Origin: a virus | IMG/VR virus record: IMGVR_UViG_3300047553_000365 | Location: 74,656 to 138,655 of that record | Reading direction: 5' to 3' (one strand) | Length of the DNA: 64,000 nucleotides | Shown: in pieces, positions 43,701 through 52,652 of the stretch | Layout of the letters: each line of letters opens with the position of its first letter | How positions within the stretch are numbered: the stretch's first letter is position 1 | The notes under the pieces: model-generated | What the model was told of the DNA's origin: nothing | The model's database searches: none | Seen by the model: the letters and a program-made list of their open reading frames with translations, nothing else | Translations under genes and position numbers: made by a program

Positions 43701-45508
43701 TATTCTTCAACGATTTCTATTCTATTAACTATACCATTTGGACGATATATGTAGGGGAATTTAAAGAACTCTAATGTCTTAGTCTGTGTTACAAGTGTTT
43801 CGTCCACTCCTTCAAACATTGGATTCCACATAATGAATGATAATCCGTTGATAACACTACCATCAGTATTTTCAGTTCTCAAACTAGTTATACCATCTAT
43901 GCTTAAAATGTCTGTGGTGATTTTTGAAATATCAATTGTCTGTCCTAACTTAACATTAAGAGGGCTGAAGTAGGTCTTGATCTTATCGATGACTTGTTTC
44001 TTCAACTGTTCCTTGTTTTTCTTGTTGTTTTTGTCTCTGACGATTACTAATTTGCTGTTCTTATAAACATCCTTAGTTTTGTCAGTATCACTATATCCAA
44101 TATCGAGTGCCATATAGATAGGATCTCTTGGAACAACTTCATTGCTAATCATTTTCTTATCCTTAGTGATATCTTTGATTAGTGTCTTATAGCTGTTGCT
44201 AACGAAGTCTGGATAATCCTCATCAACAGTTATATTGAATGTTGGGACACAAAATACATTGACATTATTAAAGTCGCAAGAGTCCGCATAGTTGACTTGG
44301 TTTAAAATCACTCTATTAACCTTATTTGGATCTACGCAAATATCATAGAAGTATTGAATGTAGCTAGAAATAAACACATCGTTGGATACCACACGAACAT
44401 CATTCAATGCATTGGGGATACTCTTCTTAAAGAATCTCTCATAGTCTTCCTCAGTAACCAAACGAAGTTGTGATGATAGAAATACTGGTGTATTACTTCT
44501 GATGCTTTCAATACTCTCCGCATCTTGAATAAGAGTGGAGTTTGTGGGATTGGAAAATGATAGGAATGTGCTGTATGCCTGATCGATAATGGTTCCTGCT
44601 CCCACATCACGAACATCGTTATAAATCTGACTAAATGTTGAGTTGTTGTATAGGAAAAGTTTATTACCATCCACGGCTCCCTTACTAATCAATCCTCTAT
44701 CACCATCACTCAAAATATAAAATACGGAAACTTCATCAGCAGTGTTTAATTTCTTACCAAACACGCCATTACCGAATTTGATTTCATAATGACCATTTTC
44801 ATTGAGTCTAAGATCATATACTCTATCGGTTCCCTTGGTTAAAAATAGAGTATCCACTTCTTCATACTCTTTCCAAGTTCCTGAATCGGCTTCTTTAACA
44901 TATACGCTGATAGAACCGTGAGAGATGAATTTCTTGTTATTTGAATCGACCAAATTATCTACAACCACAGGAAATGTTTCATATTCATCTCCAAGGGCGG
45001 TATATGTTGGATATTGACCAACGGTTCCTTGGAACAACACAACCTGATCGTTTAGAGTTTGAATAGCTTCCACACCACTTCCAACTTTCTCAAATGAGAA
45101 GTCTTTCATGAAGGTGTATTGAACGTTATCTACTAAAAAGTAACTATACTTTCTGATAACATAGCTACCTGTGGCCAATCCATCCGATGCTTCACATGAG
45201 ATGGGACATAAGGATGTTTGTCTACCTGTAGGTTTGTAACCCAGAAGTTTTACAATCTTGTTCATGTTCTCATAGATGGTTGCCTGAGAGAACATTGTTT
45301 CCGAAGATGTTTGGTTTAAATAAAAGAGAAGAACGTGGGTGTAATATGCCAAAATACTAATAATTGATGACATGTTACTACCTTCATAATTCTGGTCAGT
45401 AAATTTACCAGTTTTATTAAGTTGGTCAATCATGTAGGCTTTCAATGAAAGCGCATCGAAATTGACATAAGCATTATTCGGTAGGTTATACTCTAAATTA
45501 TCGTTCAC
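43700..45508 (-). CDS. gp6: baseplate wedge subunit (T4 gp6-like)
   Basis: DQNYEGSNMS, VKLLGYKP, YEIKFGNGVFGK, ESIESIR, RLVTEEDY. Confidence 0.9.
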   Translation of the reverse strand: MNDNLEYNLPNNAYVNFDALSLKAYMIDQLNKTGKFTDQNYEGSNMSSIISILAYYTHVLLFYLNQTSSETMFSQATIYENMNKIVKLLGYKPTGRQTSLCPISCEASDGLATGSYVIRKYSYFLVDNVQYTFMKDFSFEKVGSGVEAIQTLNDQVVLFQGTVGQYPTYTALGDEYETFPVVVDNLVDSNNKKFISHGSISVYVKEADSGTWKEYEEVDTLFLTKGTDRVYDLRLNENGHYEIKFGNGVFGKKLNTADEVSVFYILSDGDRGLISKGAVDGNKLFLYNNSTFSQIYNDVRDVGAGTIIDQAYSTFLSFSNPTNSTLIQDAESIESIRSNTPVFLSSQLRLVTEEDYERFFKKSIPNALNDVRVVSNDVFISSYIQYFYDICVDPNKVNRVILNQVNYADSCDFNNVNVFCVPTFNITVDEDYPDFVSNSYKTLIKDITKDKKMISNEVVPRDPIYMALDIGYSDTDKTKDVYKNSKLVIVRDKNNKKNKEQLKKQVIDKIKTYFSPLNVKLGQTIDISKITTDILSIDGITSLRTENTDGSVINGLSFIMWNPMFEGVDETLVTQTKTLEFFKFPYIYRPNGIVNRIEIVEE

Positions 45509-45513
45509 AAATA

Positions 45514-45519
45514 TATTTA
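45514..45519 (-). promoter_or_regulatory. late promoter
   Basis: TAAATA-5 nt-GTG(45508). Confidence 0.65.
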
Positions 45520-45522
45520 GGA

Positions 45523-46008
45523 TTATGGGAGCGAATAACCAGCAGAATTCAACTCAGATTTTATAGATAATCCATATACCCCCAAGGATGGGACGTTTAT
45601 CTTCATCTGAATATAGATGGTATTGTTGTCTTCATCGCCATCCACCAGAACCTCCTCTACCTCAACCCTAGGTTCGTGTCTGGGAAGTTTTGACTTAATA
45701 TTATCAGTAATAATATCGATAATGAAGTCATTAATGGGTTCAAAGAGGTATTGTCTTAAATCGATTCCATAGGTAGGATTTAGCACCTTATCCCCCGGTT
45801 GGGTAGTAAATGCGGATATAATGCTGTTTTTAACGGCCTCAATATCGTAAATTGCCACCAAATCCTTTAAAGGTTTGCTTTTATTAAGATCTCTATTTAT
45901 GTAAACATTCTGGTTAATATCCAGTTGAATATCCTTATACAGATAGTCCTTCTTCAGAGTTTGCTCCGTCAAGGCTACAGGTTTTAGGGATTTTATCTTA
46001 ATACTCAC
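45523..46008 (-). CDS. gp25: baseplate wedge subunit (T4 gp25-like)
   Basis: AVKNSI..FTT.PG...NPTYGIDL...LFEP, EPRV. Confidence 0.9.
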   Translation of the reverse strand: MSIKIKSLKPVALTEQTLKKDYLYKDIQLDINQNVYINRDLNKSKPLKDLVAIYDIEAVKNSIISAFTTQPGDKVLNPTYGIDLRQYLFEPINDFIIDIITDNIKSKLPRHEPRVEVEEVLVDGDEDNNTIYIQMKINVPSLGVYGLSIKSELNSAGYSLP

Positions 46009-46013
46009 AAAAT

Positions 46014-46019
46014 TATTTA
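46014..46019 (-). promoter_or_regulatory. late promoter
   Basis: TAAATA-5 nt-GTG(46008). Confidence 0.65.
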
Positions 46020-46071
46020 TCTATATGACCCCCATAAACCGAAAAATACCAAATAATCCGGGTTGTTTTAT

Positions 46072-46077
46072 TAAATA
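46072..46077 (+). promoter_or_regulatory. late promoter
   Basis: TAAATA-5 nt-ATG(46083). Confidence 0.65.
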
Positions 46078-46082
46078 TAGAC

Positions 46083-46649
46083 ATGGGAAAAAAATTTGAT
46101 GCAATTTACGAGGCTGTAATCTCCAGATATAATGTAGGAGGTTATCTTCCGGGTGATATTATTAAGTTCAGACCTGACTATAAATCTTCTGAAACTTATA
46201 AAGCTATGCCTTCCTTGATGAAACAGGAATTGGATGAACTGGCAAACAGTGGTCTAAACATTAAAGTGGTTCAAATCGGAACCAGAGTAGACAACCACTC
46301 CATTTCGGTAAATCCTAAGCTTGCTAACGATGTTGTTATTACAATCGCAGGGGATCACGGTGGTAGACACTTTGGAACGATTGCAGTTGCTCCTGACATG
46401 ATCGATCTTGAAGATCCTAACAATCCCACTCCAAAGGTTCCTGACCAATTTAAGTGGGATGACAGCAAGTATACTAAATTTGAAGCTGAAGAGTATAAGC
46501 CAGATGAAAAGAACATCACCCGTGTTACTGACAAGGGAAATGGTAAAAATACTCCAACTCAATTAAAATTAGCAGGGGAATCCGTAAGAATTACCCGTGA
46601 TAATGAAAAGATGGCAGAGTTATACGAAAAAACTCTAAATCAAGCATAA
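46083..46649 (+). CDS. hypothetical late protein
   Basis: Has its own late promoter; KFDAIYE N-terminus. Confidence 0.65.
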   Translation: MGKKFDAIYEAVISRYNVGGYLPGDIIKFRPDYKSSETYKAMPSLMKQELDELANSGLNIKVVQIGTRVDNHSISVNPKLANDVVITIAGDHGGRHFGTIAVAPDMIDLEDPNNPTPKVPDQFKWDDSKYTKFEAEEYKPDEKNITRVTDKGNGKNTPTQLKLAGESVRITRDNEKMAELYEKTLNQA

Positions 46650-47563
46650 TCTTCTAGAGAAAGAATACAGGCAAAGAAATTAATCTCTTTATCTGCAACT
46701 CTAGTAGTTTTATCTAAATAATCGGCTATGGTGATTACCATAGCCTTTTTATTGGCATCCTCAATCCTTTGAACATACACATAGTTTAAAAGATTGGTCA
46801 AAAGCTGATCCCAATCAGAGTTAAATAGGGCATCATTCTCAATAAGATACTTTCTAGTATCTAATCCTTTTTTACTCTTTAAGTTTTTCCAAATCAGGTT
46901 AAGAAGTTCGTCAGTAGATTCCTTCTTGACCAGTTTAAACACTCCCCCCACACAGTTCTTGGACAATTCCCCGATACACTTACGAAGATCGGGAAAATTC
47001 TGTTTAACAAGGTCAACAACCTGTTGTGCTTGTTCCTTATTGATCTTGATGCCTTCCTTGTCTAATATATGTAAGCATCTACCAACGGCACTTCTTAAAT
47101 CAGGTCTAAGATCCAAACTTTGACACCTAGACTGAAGGGCAGTACTAATCTTGTGCCTATGATTGCCAGTTAGAATGAATCTTGCGGTATTGGCATAAGA
47201 TTCCATCAGATTTCTAAGGCATTTTTGTCCATCAATGGTCAACCCGTCTGCCTCATCCAAAATCACCACTTTTAGATTACCATCCAAACTCTTAGTTTGA
47301 ACAAATCCTGTAACTTTGTTGCGAATGGTATCAATACCATTTTCATCAGATGCGTTGATATACAAAAAGTCACATTTCAGTAAATCTTCCACCAAAATTC
47401 TAGAAAGAGTGGTTTTTCCAACTCCTGCGTGACCTATCAAAAGCAAATGGGGAATATCATCTCCCCATCCAACTATTAACCCCTTAATATCGTCAGAAAT
47501 GCAAAGATCCTCAAGGGTTTTTGGGCGATATTTTTCAATCCAGAGATTTTTATACTGTGTCAT
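46640..47563 (-). CDS. gp44: sliding clamp loader AAA+ subunit (T4 gp44/RFC-like)
   Basis: WIEKYRP, GHAGVGKTT, INASDENGID, DEAD, LQSRC, FPDLR. Confidence 0.92.
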   Translation of the reverse strand: MTQYKNLWIEKYRPKTLEDLCISDDIKGLIVGWGDDIPHLLLIGHAGVGKTTLSRILVEDLLKCDFLYINASDENGIDTIRNKVTGFVQTKSLDGNLKVVILDEADGLTIDGQKCLRNLMESYANTARFILTGNHRHKISTALQSRCQSLDLRPDLRSAVGRCLHILDKEGIKINKEQAQQVVDLVKQNFPDLRKCIGELSKNCVGGVFKLVKKESTDELLNLIWKNLKSKKGLDTRKYLIENDALFNSDWDQLLTNLLNYVYVQRIEDANKKAMVITIADYLDKTTRVADKEINFFACILSLEDYA

Positions 47564-48294
47564 CCTTCAAGGAATATATCACAGTTTGCGCGTTTGTCAA
47601 GGGCGCGAATAAACTCTGCACACTCTAGCAAATCGTCATGATTACCACAGTCAAACCAGACTCCTCCAAACTCCACAGCATCCACATAATCTGTTTCATC
47701 TAGTTCTCTAATTAAATCAACGATTTCCAGTTCTTTTCTGCTAGATGGTTTGAGTTTCTTTGCAATCTCAACCACCTTATTGTTAAAGGTATACAGCCCT
47801 ACAATTGCTTGATCGCTGATGAAATCTTTAGGCTTTTCAACGATCTGATCTATTCTACCCCACTCGTTGAAAGTCACCACACCGTATGCAGATGGATTTT
47901 TAACCTTATATGTCACGATGGTATTAGGCATACAAAACTTATATATTTCATCATCCAGTAAGAACACATTATCCCCCAGAATTAGAGTAACATCATCATC
48001 ACCTATAAACTCTTCTCCTAAAATAAATGCTTCGGGAAGACCATTTGGATTCTCTTGAACTATAAATTGAATGTTGACCCCAAAATTCTTACCCTCAAAA
48101 TAATGTTTAAATAGATTTAATTGTTCATTCGATGCCACAATTATTAATATATCCTTAATACCCATCTTTATTAAGGTTTTTAATGGATAATAAATCATGG
48201 GTTGTTTATAAACAGGTAATAACTGTTTACTGATACCGTAAGTCAATGGATATAAACGACTTCCCTTTCCTCCTGCTAAAATAATGCCTTTCAT
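47560..48294 (-). CDS. rmlA: glucose-1-phosphate thymidylyltransferase
   Basis: GIILAGGKGSRLYPLT, SKQLLPVY, LILGDN, VEKP, SRKELEI, WFDCG. Confidence 0.95.
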   Translation of the reverse strand: MKGIILAGGKGSRLYPLTYGISKQLLPVYKQPMIYYPLKTLIKMGIKDILIIVASNEQLNLFKHYFEGKNFGVNIQFIVQENPNGLPEAFILGEEFIGDDDVTLILGDNVFLLDDEIYKFCMPNTIVTYKVKNPSAYGVVTFNEWGRIDQIVEKPKDFISDQAIVGLYTFNNKVVEIAKKLKPSSRKELEIVDLIRELDETDYVDAVEFGGVWFDCGNHDDLLECAEFIRALDKRANCDIFLEG

Positions 48295-49163
48295 AATGAA
48301 TTATTGTAATCACACACCATCTTCAGAATTTCTTCTTCGGTATGTAAACAATATATAGCATTGGCCTTTGAATTATCAAGTACACAATTGCTTCGGGGAG
48401 CAGCTATTTTCAACTCTTCAATGTTTACCCAATTTGGGTCTAGTTTTGGCCAGTTTCCCTTATTATTCTCATTAAGAATTTCAATCACTCTTTTTGTGGT
48501 AAGAGGTTCGCCATTTACCACATTATAGATGATCTGTCCTGTGGCATATAGTTTGGTTTGAAGTAATTTACCAATGAATTCACACAGATCAGGAACATAG
48601 GTCTTAGAATTTAGAAAGTCCACTAGATTTGGATATTTCATAATCTTTGTCAGATAATTTCTACCACTATTAAGATCATTACATATAGGCATTCTTAATC
48701 TTATCACTTCCACTCTCATGTGTTTAGATCCTAGTTCATAAGCATGTTTACTTTTACTGTAAAATGAACTATAATCAAACAATCCAAAGTTTGGATCGTC
48801 TTTTTCCGTAAACTTCTTATCGTAACCAGTAAAAATACACCCTGAAGAGATGTGAATGTAACGAACACCAATACTGTTACACATGGAAGTAATTCTTAGG
48901 GGAGAATTTACATTTAACTCCCAACATTCAGCCTTTCTAGATTCAGCTTCATCCACATTAGGTCTTCCTGTGAAGCCTGAACAGTTAATAACAGTTTCTA
49001 TCTGGTTCTTACAAAGATAATACCTCAACGCATGAACATCGTGATAATTAAGATCGGAACTACCCACAATCTCCACATCACAGGATTGTTTTAAAAAGTT
49101 ATATAAATGATTTCCTATATAACCTTTACCCAGAATTAGTATCTTACTTGGACAGTTCTTCAT
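48291..49163 (-). CDS. NDP-4-keto-6-deoxyglucose 3,5-epimerase/4-reductase (NRS/ER, UER1-type; RmlD superfamily)
   Basis: GKGYIG, GFTGRPNVD..E, SGCIF, PNF..SFYSKSK, RLRMPI, RNYLTKI, APRSNC.LD. Confidence 0.8.
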   Translation of the reverse strand: MKNCPSKILILGKGYIGNHLYNFLKQSCDVEIVGSSDLNYHDVHALRYYLCKNQIETVINCSGFTGRPNVDEAESRKAECWELNVNSPLRITSMCNSIGVRYIHISSGCIFTGYDKKFTEKDDPNFGLFDYSSFYSKSKHAYELGSKHMRVEVIRLRMPICNDLNSGRNYLTKIMKYPNLVDFLNSKTYVPDLCEFIGKLLQTKLYATGQIIYNVVNGEPLTTKRVIEILNENNKGNWPKLDPNWVNIEELKIAAPRSNCVLDNSKANAIYCLHTEEEILKMVCDYNNSL

Positions 49164-49359
49164 TTAAATAGTCCTTAATATCATTAATAGACATTGTATT
49201 ATTATATTCGATAAACTCTAAAAGAGCCTCACAAAATTGGGAACCCATATAAGATAGCTCCTCATCCTCCGTAGAATCTAGGTAATCCCTAATACTATAG
49301 GCACAATCCATAAGAGCTTCTTCCTTTTCCACTAGCTTTTTTAATATTTTTGCGTTCAT
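49144..49359 (-). CDS. hypothetical protein
   Basis: First gene of the operon after a late promoter. Confidence 0.6.
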   Translation of the reverse strand: MNAKILKKLVEKEEALMDCAYSIRDYLDSTEDEELSYMGSQFCEALLEFIEYNNTMSINDIKDYLNEELSK

Positions 49360-49366
49360 TTTCTTT

Positions 49367-49372
49367 TATTTA
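49367..49372 (-). promoter_or_regulatory. late promoter
   Basis: TAAATA-7 nt-ATG(49359). Confidence 0.55.
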
Positions 49373-49463
49373 CTCCAACTTTCCATTTTGCAACTTTTAT
49401 TTAAGAGCCTTGACAATTTTTGATAAAATCAATCAAATACATTGATGTGGAGTGCTACCTTTC

Positions 49464-49469
49464 TAAATA
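49464..49469 (+). promoter_or_regulatory. late promoter
   Basis: TAAATA-6 nt-ATG(49476). Confidence 0.65.
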
Positions 49470-49475
49470 ATAGTA

Positions 49476-52145
49476 ATGGCATTCTCATTACAATTAGGCT
49501 TCCCAGAGGTTCCAAAATCTATCACCAATCCTAGCGTAGACAAAAAAGACGCATTGGATGTTGGAACCCCGTTTGCATTCCTAGATTTCATTAAGATCAT
49601 TAATACCTCTTTCTCCCCTGATAGTTTACAGAATTATTACAACGCTTATTTAACAGATTGGAATAATTACAACAAAAGTAAGGGGGATTCTGAAAAAGAC
49701 CTTATTGTAAGTAAGTATAAGGAATTCCTTAAGGATATTGTTCTAAAACACACCACCCTTGAAGAGAAGGAATTCCTTTCCAAGATTGATTTTGATGATC
49801 CTTTGGACTTGGAGATAGCCTTGGGATTCTATAGCAGAAAATTAAAGGAACTGTGTCTCTTTTATAACAATAAGAGAAACAATGCTAAGTTTCGTATAAC
49901 TGCCAATAAGATGAAGGGAACCAACTATGGTTCGGAAATAACCATAAAAGAGTTGGTCCTCTCATATATCGACAACATCGAAGAAAGCCAAATCTACATC
50001 GATTTGGATTCCGTCAAAGCCAATCTTGAAATTGAAATTGAAGAACTTTACGATATTCACCCCCTATACTTTAATCAAGAACCAGATGAAACGGTTTACG
50101 ATAATAAGGATCTGGATTATGGGTTAAACATCTTTTTAAAGGATAATGCCACTCTCATCAATGAAGTATTTTCTGGATTTTCGGAAGATCTTAAAAGAAT
50201 CAAAGAAGTTGACGAGCTTTTTGATAATAAGAGAAAACTTACAGAAAAATACATGGGAACCAGTTTCTATTACCTATCCACAGGTTCTACAGGAACTACC
50301 TTCCTCTCAGGTAAGTTGTTTGACAATCAAAACACCATTAAGAATTTCATAAACAGAAATTATCCAACTACTGCATCAACCACAAGGGATAGTTTTGAAA
50401 ATAGAATGGAGCGTGGGTTCTTCAGACCTATTAATACTTCATTTGTGATGATTGATGGGGTCAATAAAGAGTATGTAATCAATTCCAGAAATCTTGAACC
50501 AAACTCTCTTTACTTCTTTCCAGATCCAAAAATATTTGGCAACAATCTACCAATATTCCAATTCGTAGTCGATGATTCCAAATTAAAAAGAAACACAAGT
50601 TCTGGAATAAGTAAGAACCATCCAAATAGTAGTAAGTTTGATACAAAATACTATGGTTACACATCTAGATTGGACCCAAATGTTAGGAAATATCTAAACT
50701 CTATCTTTAACTCTGGATATGTCGCAGATTTCAAAAAGGACATATATGGAAACTCTTACGGACTATTCAAAGATGGGTTTGATAGATACTTTGTCAATGT
50801 TGATGCAAACTCTCCTCCAACTTACAATCTAGTATTTAATGGGTATGAGTTCTTCGATGAATTTTATAATGAGGGTTATAATTTCAACTACTTCACTGAA
50901 GATGATGTAACTTATTCTGAAACTATTAGAAGTGGTCTTTCCACAAACACAGGATTCTTCACCACAGCCGATGTTGATCTATTTCTATCATTCGGTAAGT
51001 TTGATCCATACTATCCCATCATTCCTGCAACAGAAGCACATCTGTTAAAGACCGAAAGATTTATAGATGCTGGATTTATACTTAAACCAAACCTATCAGC
51101 ATATGCAGATCCCGTATCTTCTGATCTATCAGCATTTGAACTATCAACTGATGAGTTTTATTATACTACCCTTCTGGAAGGAGGAGTCAATGCTATCAGT
51201 CCTCTTCAAAGAGCATTACTTGATCCTCTCTACCCATCTCTAACTGCAAACTTCTTAACCTTCCCAAAAACAAGTGCCTTTGGAGTTATTGATTGTGGAT
51301 CATTCTACGATAACCTTCAAAGTTTCGGAGTAACACAGAACAGTCTCTATATTGACGATATGGATGGCAACAGTTCTACTAGACTAATACCACAATCCAC
51401 CTATAATGCTCTTGAGGGAGATATATACATTAAGAATTCTTATGACAAGTCGATTCTTCCTCTTCTCAGCGCATTGCCATACCTTACTGATAGACACTCC
51501 GTTGCTATCGTCAATGAGTTGAGTGGTGGTATTAGAAAGTTTGAGGTCATTTATGACAACATGATAATTGAAACTGATAATTATCTTGTTATTGAAAAGA
51601 TTAACTTCGCTGATGGTCAATTCAAAGAACCAATCGTTGGGTCTAAGAGTTATACCCACAATATCGACAACTTCAACAAAATCTCAAACAGATTTAAAGT
51701 TGATAATAGTGTCTATTACTGCACAGTATCGGCAACAGGGTCGTTTATAGATGGAGATTTCCGAGTCTTTCCAAAAATCTATAAATTCGATCCTATCAAC
51801 TTCAAGAACTATCTATTGTTCCCAACAGCAACAACAAATCTTGAATATTTTACATTGACTGGTGAATTGGTGGAATACATTGCAGCAGATACTCCTAAGT
51901 TGACATACTCAAAGGTGAATAATGTTTTCAATATATCTCTTGTTCTAAAAGACCATAACTACTTTCCAAAGATTGTGTCTTACGATTGGATACTCAATCC
52001 CGATGTGGAATTTATAGATAAGCGTGGATTGGATCTATCCAATATCAAGACAACTAACACCTTCCTGTCATCCTTTGCCTCAACGTTGACAATATTCCTA
52101 TCGTCTAATGGTACACAAATCGTAAATGAGGAGATTGTAATATGA
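49476..52145 (+). CDS. large structural protein (baseplate/fibre associated)
   Basis: Late promoter; beta-rich, Tyr/Asn/Ser/Thr-rich; heads the fibre cluster. Confidence 0.6.
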   Translation: MAFSLQLGFPEVPKSITNPSVDKKDALDVGTPFAFLDFIKIINTSFSPDSLQNYYNAYLTDWNNYNKSKGDSEKDLIVSKYKEFLKDIVLKHTTLEEKEFLSKIDFDDPLDLEIALGFYSRKLKELCLFYNNKRNNAKFRITANKMKGTNYGSEITIKELVLSYIDNIEESQIYIDLDSVKANLEIEIEELYDIHPLYFNQEPDETVYDNKDLDYGLNIFLKDNATLINEVFSGFSEDLKRIKEVDELFDNKRKLTEKYMGTSFYYLSTGSTGTTFLSGKLFDNQNTIKNFINRNYPTTASTTRDSFENRMERGFFRPINTSFVMIDGVNKEYVINSRNLEPNSLYFFPDPKIFGNNLPIFQFVVDDSKLKRNTSSGISKNHPNSSKFDTKYYGYTSRLDPNVRKYLNSIFNSGYVADFKKDIYGNSYGLFKDGFDRYFVNVDANSPPTYNLVFNGYEFFDEFYNEGYNFNYFTEDDVTYSETIRSGLSTNTGFFTTADVDLFLSFGKFDPYYPIIPATEAHLLKTERFIDAGFILKPNLSAYADPVSSDLSAFELSTDEFYYTTLLEGGVNAISPLQRALLDPLYPSLTANFLTFPKTSAFGVIDCGSFYDNLQSFGVTQNSLYIDDMDGNSSTRLIPQSTYNALEGDIYIKNSYDKSILPLLSALPYLTDRHSVAIVNELSGGIRKFEVIYDNMIIETDNYLVIEKINFADGQFKEPIVGSKSYTHNIDNFNKISNRFKVDNSVYYCTVSATGSFIDGDFRVFPKIYKFDPINFKNYLLFPTATTNLEYFTLTGELVEYIAADTPKLTYSKVNNVFNISLVLKDHNYFPKIVSYDWILNPDVEFIDKRGLDLSNIKTTNTFLSSFASTLTIFLSSNGTQIVNEEIVI

Positions 52146-52648
52146 ACACCTATACTATAACACTATCATCTAACTCTACATCATATTCCACCACACTTTC
52201 AACCCAAAATGTGGAGGATGTAACAAATGTTATTTTAAATTTTGAAAATATATATCAAGAGATAATTCCAACCCAAATCGTGATAGATTGGGGTAATGGA
52301 AATGTGCAGACTATTGAAAATGACCCCTACAGAGTTCTTTTAAGAACTGAAGTTAATGTGTTTAGTCGTTTTCCGATTACAAGCACTACCCAAAGCCAAG
52401 TCCTATACCCATCTGAAACAAAATTATATAAGACATTTAATATTCAAGTCATAGTTATCTATTCTGACTACAATTACTCATATTTCAACATACCAGTAAG
52501 TTTACGTTCTGGAGACTTCTTTGAAACCATCCAAGACCTTAAAATTCAAGATGTTGTCATACTTCCAGAGGATAATAACCCCAAAAACTACATTTTTAAG
52601 GGTTCGATAGATAATCAAATTTTCGAAATGAATAACCTAGATAAATAA
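52142..52648 (+). CDS. small structural protein, Ig/PKD-like
   Basis: VIDWGNG; coupled to the upstream gene. Confidence 0.5.
   Translation: MNTYTITLSSNSTSYSTTLSTQNVEDVTNVILNFENIYQEIIPTQIVIDWGNGNVQTIENDPYRVLLRTEVNVFSRFPITSTTQSQVLYPSETKLYKTFNIQVIVIYSDYNYSYFNIPVSLRSGDFFETIQDLKIQDVVILPEDNNPKNYIFKGSIDNQIFEMNNLDK
52642..52647 (+). promoter_or_regulatory. late promoter
   Basis: TAAATA-5 nt-GTG(52653). Confidence 0.6.
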
Positions 52649-52652
52649 TATT

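Noticed and set aside
49410-49430. TTGACA with nearby TAAAAT as a sigma70 promoter
   Set aside because: The spacer is only 8 nt and no -10 lies at 16-18 nt.
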